Origin: Verrucomicrobiia bacterium
GTDB taxonomy: Bacteria; Verrucomicrobiota; Verrucomicrobiia; Limisphaerales; CAIMTB01
Direction: 5' to 3'
NCBI GenBank assembly: GCA_019634625.1
Contig: JAHCBA010000005.1
Span: forward strand, 136,950 to 200,949
DNA: 64,000 nt
Shown here: in pieces, positions 8,718-15,337 of the stretch
Position numbering within the stretch: position 1 is the stretch's first letter
Layout of the letters: each line of letters starts with the position of its first letter
The notes under the pieces: model-generated
What the model saw: the letters and a program-made list of their open reading frames with translations, nothing else
Databases searched by the model: none
What the model was told of the DNA's origin: nothing
Made by a program: the position numbers and the translations under genes

Positions 8718-10240
8718 TCCAGCCCGCCCCGATCCTTTTCGGACTCGAAACCGAGTTCGGCATCGCCCGCGGCGACCACCCCGACCTCGACGTGGTCGCC
8801 GAGTCCATTGCCCTCGTCCGCAGTGCCGCCGAACCCGGCGTCCTGATGCGCTGGGATTACGCCTCCGAAAATCCCCACCGGGACATGCGCGGCTTCGACG
8901 TCGCCCAGCTCCGCCAGGACGACGACGAGGCCCGTTACTTTGCCCAGGACGCCCGGCGCGAACTCAGCTTCGCCGAGATCAAGAGCGATTTCGTCTTCGC
9001 CAACGGCGCCCGCTTCTACAACGACCACGCCCACCCGGAATACTGCACCCCGGAATGCGCCCGCCTCTCCGACCTCGTCCTCCACGACCGCGCCGGGGAA
9101 CGCATCGTCATGGCCTGCGCCGCCGCCCTCTCCCGCCAGCGCGGCGAAACCGTCCGCCTCTACAAGAACAACACCGACTTCGCCGGCCACAGCTACGGTT
9201 GCCACGAAAACTACCTCATCCCCCGCGCCCTCGACTGGAACATTCTCGCGACCGCCATCCAGGCCTTCCTGGTCACCCGCCAGATCTTCGCCGGAGCCGG
9301 CAAGTTTGCCTTCGAGGAGGAGGACCGCCTGGTCGGGCACGGATTCCAGATCTCCCAGCGCAGCGACTTCTTCAGCGAACTGCAAAGCGTGGACACCATG
9401 CAGCGGCGCCCCATCGTCAATACCCGCGACGAACCCCACGCCGACCCACGCTACTGGCGCCGCTTCCACGTCATCCTCGGCGACGCCAACATGTCCCCCT
9501 TCGCCACCTGGCTGAAGGTCGGCACCACCGCCCTCACCCTCGAGGCGATCGTCCGCGAACCCGCCCACCCCTGGCCAGCCCTCGCCGATCCCCTCGCCGC
9601 CCTCCGCACCATCTCCGCCGACCCGCACTGGCGCTGGGAAATCCGCTGCACCGACCGCTCCCCCGCCACCGCCATCTCCGTCCAGCGCGACTACCTCGAT
9701 GCCGTCCGCCAAACCTGTGACCTGTCCGACCCCGACCGTGCCGCCCTGGTGACCGCCTGGGCCGGGGTCCTCGATGACCTCGAATCCGACCCCGCCCGAT
9801 GCCGGGACCGCCTCGACTGGGTTGCCAAACATGCCCTCATCCGCGAATTCCAGGCGGCCCAGCAGATCCGTGACGACGATCCCTGGCTGCTCAGCCTTGA
9901 CCTCGAGTACCACCGCCTCGACACCGCCGAGGGCCTCTACTTCGCCCTCGAGGACTCCGGCGCCATGCGACGTGTCCCCCCGCCCGCCGATGTCGAACGG
10001 GCCATCCATTCCCCCCCCGACAACACCCGCGCCGCCGTGCGCGGCCTGTGCATCGCCCGCTTCGCCCCCTTCGTCCTCTCCGCCCAGTGGGACCATGTCA
10101 CCCTCCAGACCCGGCGTGGCCCCCTGCGCATCGACCTGACCGATCTCTTCACCCCGGAACGTCTCGAATCCCTCCTTGCCGCCCTGCACGCCGCCGCGAC
10201 ACCGGACGACTTGCGCTTTGCCCCTTCCGACGGAAACTAA
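8714..10240 (+). CDS. dop: Pup-ligase/deamidase family protein, paralog 1 (Dop-like)
   Basis: GLETEFG N-terminal motif, NGARFYNDHAHPEYCTPE, YGCHENYL and NTRDEPHAD. The N-terminal segment RWDYASENPHRDMRGFD resembles the M. tuberculosis Dop segment RWDYEVESPLRDARGFD (from memory). Its position between mpa and the modifier gene is as in actinobacteria. The family call is strong. The Dop versus PafA split is tentative. Confidence 0.8.
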   Translation: MIQPAPILFGLETEFGIARGDHPDLDVVAESIALVRSAAEPGVLMRWDYASENPHRDMRGFDVAQLRQDDDEARYFAQDARRELSFAEIKSDFVFANGARFYNDHAHPEYCTPECARLSDLVLHDRAGERIVMACAAALSRQRGETVRLYKNNTDFAGHSYGCHENYLIPRALDWNILATAIQAFLVTRQIFAGAGKFAFEEEDRLVGHGFQISQRSDFFSELQSVDTMQRRPIVNTRDEPHADPRYWRRFHVILGDANMSPFATWLKVGTTALTLEAIVREPAHPWPALADPLAALRTISADPHWRWEIRCTDRSPATAISVQRDYLDAVRQTCDLSDPDRAALVTAWAGVLDDLESDPARCRDRLDWVAKHALIREFQAAQQIRDDDPWLLSLDLEYHRLDTAEGLYFALEDSGAMRRVPPPADVERAIHSPPDNTRAAVRGLCIARFAPFVLSAQWDHVTLQTRRGPLRIDLTDLFTPERLESLLAALHAAATPDDLRFAPSDGN

Positions 10241-10260
10241 CCGCCAATCTCTCCCCGCTT

Positions 10261-10434
10261 ATGCCCGAGCAGACTCAAAAGACTCGCCCTCCCATCCCGC
10301 GCCCGTCCGGCGGAGGCGGTGAAGGACCGAAAGCCCCCGACATCGAGAAGCCCAATACCGAGGAACTCCTCAAACGCATGCGCCGCGTCGATCCCGATCA
10401 GGCGCGCCGCTACCGCCAGCGCACCGGCGAGTAA
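10261..10434 (+). CDS. ubact: Pup/UBact-like small protein modifier (57 aa, C-terminal Glu)
   Basis: ATG at 10261 inside track ORF 10048..10434. Sequence: MPEQTQKTRPPIPRPSGGGGEGPKAPDIEKPNTEELLKRMRRVDPDQARRYRQRTGE. It is small and disordered-looking, has a basic helical C-terminal half and ends in ...RTGE immediately before the stop. It sits between the Dop-like gene and prcB, exactly where pup sits in actinobacteria. Confidence 0.8.
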   Translation: MPEQTQKTRPPIPRPSGGGGEGPKAPDIEKPNTEELLKRMRRVDPDQARRYRQRTGE

Positions 10435-10458
10435 CCTCGCCCACCCCTGCTAAACTCT

Positions 10459-11238
10459 GTGGGAGACTCCCTACCCCCTCCGCTGGCGGGCGATTTCTTC
10501 GCCCTCCTGGCCCGTCACCACCTCCAGAACCCCGCGCCGGACGCCTCGGCCTCGCTGCCCCCCACCCAGATCCAGGCCACCACGGTCTTCGCCTTCCATT
10601 TCGCCGGGGGCGTCCTGATGGCCGGCGACCGGCGCGCCACCGCCGGCCACCTCATCGTCACCGAGCAGGTGGACAAAATCCTCGAACTGGACGCCTCATC
10701 CCTCCTCGCCATCGCCGGCGTTCCGGCCACCGCCTTCGAGATCGCGCGTACCCTCAAGACGTCGTTCGAATACTACCGGCGCAGCCAGTTGCAGTCCCTC
10801 AGCCTTCCCGCCCGGCTCCGCGCCCTCTCCCGCGCCCTCCGCGATAACCTCCCCCTCACCCTTCAGGGGGTCGGTGTCGTCGCCCCCCTCTTCGCCGGCC
10901 TCGACACCACCTCTTCACCACCCCGGCCCCAGATCTATTTCTATGATCCCCTCGGAGCGCAGTTCCAGGCCGCCGCCTTCGCCGCCTCCGGCTCGGGTGC
11001 CATCACCATCCGCAGTCTCCTCAGTTTTCAGGAACGGTTCGGGTCCCCCACGCCCTCCCGCCTCCCGCGCCGTGAAGCCGTCCAGCTCGCCCTCCGCGTC
11101 CTCACCGTCGCCGCGGAATTCGATACCGCCACCGGCGGCATCCAGCCCGATGCCTCCCGCTTCGCCACCCTCCGCATCCTCGGTCCGGACGGCATCTCGA
11201 CGGTGGACGATGCGGAACAACGTGACGCCCTCGGTTGA
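10459..11238 (+). CDS. prcB: 20S proteasome beta subunit
   Basis: GTG start and a 40-aa propeptide. The mature N-terminus is then TTVFAFHFAGGVLMAGDRRATAGHLIVTEQVDK. This places Thr1, Asp17 and Lys33 exactly as in M. tuberculosis PrcB ([21 protein letters not shown]...K33). Confidence 0.9.
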   Translation: MGDSLPPPLAGDFFALLARHHLQNPAPDASASLPPTQIQATTVFAFHFAGGVLMAGDRRATAGHLIVTEQVDKILELDASSLLAIAGVPATAFEIARTLKTSFEYYRRSQLQSLSLPARLRALSRALRDNLPLTLQGVGVVAPLFAGLDTTSSPPRPQIYFYDPLGAQFQAAAFAASGSGAITIRSLLSFQERFGSPTPSRLPRREAVQLALRVLTVAAEFDTATGGIQPDASRFATLRILGPDGISTVDDAEQRDALG

Positions 11239-11259
11239 CGTCCCACCCGATCCCGGACC

Positions 11260-11997
11260 ATGACTGAAGAACCCTACAGGTGGATCGAGGCGATCGGGAA
11301 CCGCCGCGAATACGTGGAAACCCAGCTCCGGGGCGGTTCGCCCGTCTTCGCCGCCAGCCTCGACGACGGGATCCTGCTCCTCGGCGTCGGCACCGGACAT
11401 TCCAAGGTCTTCGAAATCTTCGACCGCCACGCCCTCGCCGGTCTCGGGCATCCCACCGACCTCGAACGGGTCCGCCAGACGTTGATCGATGCCGCCCACC
11501 TGGAAGCCTTCACCCGCGCCTCGGCGGATGTCTCCCTCCGGCGCCTGGTCAGCTTCGGCCTCGGACCCCAGCTCAAAACCGCCTTCGAACAGCTCTTCAG
11601 CCCGCCCTTCCTCGTCCGACTCCTCCTCGCCGAAGTGGGCCAGCGCCCAACCAACGATCTCCTCGTCCGGCTCGATTTCGACGGTTCCTTCGAACTCCGG
11701 CCCGGCGGCGTGGCGATCGCAGCCGACAGCCCCTCCGGAACCGCCGCAGCCGGGGACTGGCTTGCCCCGCGCATCGATTCGTCCACATCCCTGCCCGATG
11801 CGTCCCTCTGGCTCCTCGAGGCCTGGCATCGCCTGACCGCCTCCGAACCGTTCCCGGCCGACCTCGACCGTCCCCGAACCGCGTGGACCCTCCCCGCCGG
11901 CCGTCAGGTCGAAGCCGCCCTGCTCCGCCGCACCGCGCCCGGCGAAGCCCGCTACCAGCCCCTGGACCCGGCCCAACTCGTGCCCCCCCCCGCATGA
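11260..11997 (+). CDS. prcA: 20S proteasome alpha subunit
   Basis: 245 aa Ntn-fold-like protein without an N-terminal Thr nucleophile, immediately after prcB. It has an ATGA overlap with the following gene. Confidence 0.8.
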   Translation: MTEEPYRWIEAIGNRREYVETQLRGGSPVFAASLDDGILLLGVGTGHSKVFEIFDRHALAGLGHPTDLERVRQTLIDAAHLEAFTRASADVSLRRLVSFGLGPQLKTAFEQLFSPPFLVRLLLAEVGQRPTNDLLVRLDFDGSFELRPGGVAIAADSPSGTAAAGDWLAPRIDSSTSLPDASLWLLEAWHRLTASEPFPADLDRPRTAWTLPAGRQVEAALLRRTAPGEARYQPLDPAQLVPPPA

Positions 11998-13394
11998 CCC
12001 GCGTCGTCGGTCTCGAAACCGAATACGGCTGCCTCTCCGACGACCCCGCCGGCCCGGCGGCAACCGTCGGACTCGTCCGCGGCTGGCTGTTCGAACGTCA
12101 GCGTTACGGACTGCCCGATGTCTTCCAGCGCGACTGGGATGAACCGCCCGGCAACGGCGGATTCCTGTTCAACGGCGGACGCGCCTACGTGGACATGGGG
12201 CACCTCGAATACTGCACCCCCGAGTGTCTCCAGCTCCGGGACCTCATCCTCTACGACCGCGCCGGCGATCTCCTCCTCGACGAAGCCCTCTCCTCCCTCG
12301 GCCTCACCGCACGGGCCGGCTTCATCCGCAACAACATCGACCACTACTCGGGGGCCACCTTCGGCTGCCACGAAAACTATCTCGTCCGCCGCAGCGCCCC
12401 CCTCACCGAGCGCAACGTCCTCTCCGTCCTCGCCTTCCTCACCCTTCGCGTCCTCTATTCGGGCGCCGGCCGGGTCGGCTCCTCCCTCGGCGCCGAGAAC
12501 CGCGGCGATCACCGCCGGCCCGGCGCCAATCCTCATTTCCAGATCAGTCAGCGCGCCGACTACATCAACAACGAGCTGTTCGAGTGGGTCCAGTTCAACC
12601 GCGCCATCATCAATACCCGCGACGAACCCCTCGCCGATCCCCGCCGCTTCCGCCGCCTCCACCTCCTCCACGGCGACACCAGCGTCCTCCCCTGCACCCT
12701 CGCCCTCAAAATCGGCACCACGGCGCTCGTCCTCGATCTCCTCGAAATCGACCACCTGCCCCATCTCTCCCTCGCCGACTCGGTCCAGACTTTCCGCATC
12801 CTGTCCCACCAGACCGACGGCCCCTGGGAGGTCACGCTGGCCGAAGGCGGGTCCGCCGATGCCATCGAGATCCTCGCCCGTTATCAGGCCGCCGCGTCGG
12901 CCGAATTCCGCGGTCGCGATGCCGAAACCGATGCCATCCTTGCCCTCTGGGCCGAAACCCTGGATGCCCTCTCCAAGGACCCCCAACGCCTGATCGGCCG
13001 GGTGGACTGGATCACCAAGCAATGGCTCCTCTCCCAGTTCGTGGAACGGGAGGGCGTGTCCTGGGACGATCCCTGGCTCCGCTCCCAGGACCTCGAATTC
13101 CACCACGCCTCCGTCACCCGTTCCCTCGGCCACGCCCTCGACCGTTCGCCCGATCCCTGGGCCATCCGTCAGGGGGACGCCACCAAGGCCCTCGACACCC
13201 CCCCGGCCGACACCCGCGCCCATGCCCGTTCCCAGCTCATGCGTCGCATCTCCCAGCGAGAGGGTCGCTACTTCGTGGACTGGGAGATCGTGGACATCGA
13301 GGGCTTCGAAACGCTGCACCTCCTCGATCCCTTCTCCCCCCAGCCGCCCGAGCCCAAGCCTCTCTCGGAACCGCCCGATTCAAAGCCCTCCTGA
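11994..13394 (+). CDS. pafA: Pup-ligase/deamidase family protein, paralog 2 (PafA-like by position and length)
   Basis: In the frame of track ORF 11280..13394, starting MTRVVGLETEYGCL (ATG at 11994). Motifs: GGRAYVDMGHLEYCTPE, FGCHENYL, NTRDEPLAD and LHLLHGDTS. The family call is strong. Ligase versus deamidase is not resolved. Confidence 0.8.
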   Translation: MTRVVGLETEYGCLSDDPAGPAATVGLVRGWLFERQRYGLPDVFQRDWDEPPGNGGFLFNGGRAYVDMGHLEYCTPECLQLRDLILYDRAGDLLLDEALSSLGLTARAGFIRNNIDHYSGATFGCHENYLVRRSAPLTERNVLSVLAFLTLRVLYSGAGRVGSSLGAENRGDHRRPGANPHFQISQRADYINNELFEWVQFNRAIINTRDEPLADPRRFRRLHLLHGDTSVLPCTLALKIGTTALVLDLLEIDHLPHLSLADSVQTFRILSHQTDGPWEVTLAEGGSADAIEILARYQAAASAEFRGRDAETDAILALWAETLDALSKDPQRLIGRVDWITKQWLLSQFVEREGVSWDDPWLRSQDLEFHHASVTRSLGHALDRSPDPWAIRQGDATKALDTPPADTRAHARSQLMRRISQREGRYFVDWEIVDIEGFETLHLLDPFSPQPPEPKPLSEPPDSKPS

Positions 13395-13500
13395 ACCGCG
13401 TAGGCCCATCCAGTCAACCGGGCATGAACGACGGCACCCGATCGTCAGGTTCAGTGAACCCGACCGATCGGGCGTCACGCCGACCTTCCCCTCCTTCCCC

Positions 13501-15012
13501 TTACAGGCGGTCGAAGACCAGGATGCGACCGTCCACCGAGGTCATCATCTGGCGATCCCGGATGGTCGCCTGCAGATCCAACGAGTTGCCCCCTTGGGAA
13601 ATGCGAATTCGATAGTCGTCCCCGGCCCGGGACCACTCGCCATCCCCCGTGGTCATCATCGGCGCCAGGATGGAGGACGAACTGGGCCGCGAAGGAGGAC
13701 GTCCTGGAGCCATCCGCGGAGTCGTGGTCGCCAACGGCACGCCGCGCTGCTGCACCCCACCGCCGCCACCGCCACCGCCACCGCCCAGACCGTAGCGATC
13801 CCGATAGAGATCCGCGGTGCTCTCCGTCGGCTGAGCCTGCGGCAAGGCCCGCGCCGCCAAAGATCGTGCCGTCATTCCGGAACCCGACCCAGGAGCCGAC
13901 GGGGCATACTCTCCATCCACCGGAGTCGCTGACGTGGGAGCACTCGCCGATCCCGCCCGGCCAACCACTTCCAGGAGTTTGTGCTCGTCCTTGGCCTTGA
14001 CCTTCAGGAGCGCCCGATGATCCGTGGTGAAGCCCAGCACCATCTCGTCCAAGTAAACGTTCAACGCCCGTCGAAGCAGGTTGAACTCCACCGCGGGCAG
14101 CCGCTCCGACCCGACATTGCGCATCTCCGCAATGCTGCGGCGCACGTTCAAGCGCCAGCGTCCCAGAATGCGCTCGTCCTTGAACCGGTCCGAAACCCCC
14201 GTCCGCAGGTAGGCCTCCAGATCCCGCAAATCCAACTCCAGCAACTCGTTCACGATCTCATGGTTGTCCGCCACCGCCCGAATCCGGGGATGCTCCAGGA
14301 TCTCCATCAGCCCCGCCCGCGACTGGAGCAGTGTCTGGATCTCGGGATCCCGGCCCAGGTCCGCCACTTCCTGCCGCTCCGCCATGCCCAGGAAGGGCGG
14401 ATAGCTGGCCAGCCGGCTGTGCACCGATGGATTGTGGTAAACCATCCCCAGAATGTCCGACGCGAGATAGTGCGCCTCGTCCGCAGGTTGAAACCGCTCG
14501 ACGATCCGGCTCAGGCCCGACTGCTCCATCCCCCGGGCAAATTGGTTCGCAAACCGAAGGGACATCGTCCCCTCATCCTCGTTGGCCAGCTGCGTGGACA
14601 GGTAGCCGGGCACATAGGCCACCATCCCCAGCAGGACCAGCCAGACGGTGCCCACGCCCGCCCCCACCGCCGTCCCCATGCGCCGGTTCAAACGCAGCCA
14701 CCGGGCATAGGAGTATTCGTCCGTGCTGTTCCGATACCGCTTCTGAACCCAGTAATCCACCCCCAGCGCCACCCCCAGAAACACCAGCGACAAAAGCAGA
14801 AACCCCACCAGCGGCGGCAGGTAGAACTGCCAGACCGGATTGGTGAAGCCGATCAACGGAATCAACCCGGCACACCACGCCCCCACGGTCTTCGCCAGCG
14901 CCGCGCTGACCACCAGCCCCGCCAGGCATATCGCGGATCGAATCGCACCCAGGAAGTAGCCAATGACACCTGCCAGGGCCAGGAGCAGTACGCCGACAAT
15001 CCAGATGAGCAT
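13501..15012 (-). CDS. Membrane protein with a CvpA-like N-terminal domain and a long soluble C-terminal region
   Basis: 503 aa with four N-terminal TM helices (MLIWIVGVLLLALAGVIGYFLGAIRSAICLAGLVVSAALA...), a soluble middle region and a low-complexity tail that includes a run of 10 Gly. Confidence 0.7.
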   Translation of the reverse strand: MLIWIVGVLLLALAGVIGYFLGAIRSAICLAGLVVSAALAKTVGAWCAGLIPLIGFTNPVWQFYLPPLVGFLLLSLVFLGVALGVDYWVQKRYRNSTDEYSYARWLRLNRRMGTAVGAGVGTVWLVLLGMVAYVPGYLSTQLANEDEGTMSLRFANQFARGMEQSGLSRIVERFQPADEAHYLASDILGMVYHNPSVHSRLASYPPFLGMAERQEVADLGRDPEIQTLLQSRAGLMEILEHPRIRAVADNHEIVNELLELDLRDLEAYLRTGVSDRFKDERILGRWRLNVRRSIAEMRNVGSERLPAVEFNLLRRALNVYLDEMVLGFTTDHRALLKVKAKDEHKLLEVVGRAGSASAPTSATPVDGEYAPSAPGSGSGMTARSLAARALPQAQPTESTADLYRDRYGLGGGGGGGGGGVQQRGVPLATTTPRMAPGRPPSRPSSSSILAPMMTTGDGEWSRAGDDYRIRISQGGNSLDLQATIRDRQMMTSVDGRILVFDRL

Positions 15013-15202
15013 GCGCCCACCATATCCCCCGCGCCCGCGAAGGCACGTGCAAAATGACGGTCGCAGTCGCCCCGGGCGCAGCCCAGATTTCTGGGACTCG
15101 CCCAGGCCATGCCTCGTGGGGACTCGTACTCAGCCCGAAGGGCGGTACTCGTACTCGTCCTCGAACCCGCACGCACACCGTTTCGAGCGCCACCTTGGCC
15201 GT

Positions 15203-15335
15203 ATCCATGCAGCAGGCGGGAGGTGCGAACTCCGCAACGCATCTCCCCGGAGGGCCGGGTTCCACGAGGCCGCAACGGTGTGGAGCGTTGGGTCGTGGAC
15301 TCGCGGAGCTCGTCCCTCCGGTTCTCCCCCGGACT
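15203..15335 (-). mobile_element. MITE-like repeat, copy 1 (reverse orientation, degenerate termini)
   Basis: The core GGAGGTGCGAACTCCGC...GGAGGGCCGGGTTCCACGAGGCCGCAACGGTGTGGAGCGTTGGGTCGTGGACTCGCGGAGCTCGTCCCTCCGG is the reverse complement of the core of the copies at 20850, 36092 and 38839. Confidence 0.7.
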
Positions 15336-15337
15336 CC

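Noticed and set aside
6717-10189. Very long minus-strand ORFs (6717..8585, 622 aa; 8375..10189, 604 aa) opposite the ATPase and Dop-like genes. Similar ones lie opposite other genes: 11952..13319, 21734..23095, 23702..25621, 28422..29843, 54277..56076, 58928..60949 and 61019..62770.
   Set aside because: Their translations are low-complexity (Gly/Glu/Asp/Ala- or Arg/Pro/His-rich) with no motifs. In each case the opposite strand carries a gene with clear family signatures. Open antisense frames are expected in GC-rich DNA because stop codons are rare.
13395-13500. A hairpin CCCGATCG-N20-CGATCGGG between the convergent pafA-like and CvpA-like genes, as a possible bidirectional terminator.
   Set aside because: The loop is large, the stem is modest and there is no flanking U-tract on either strand. 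This is not strong enough to call.
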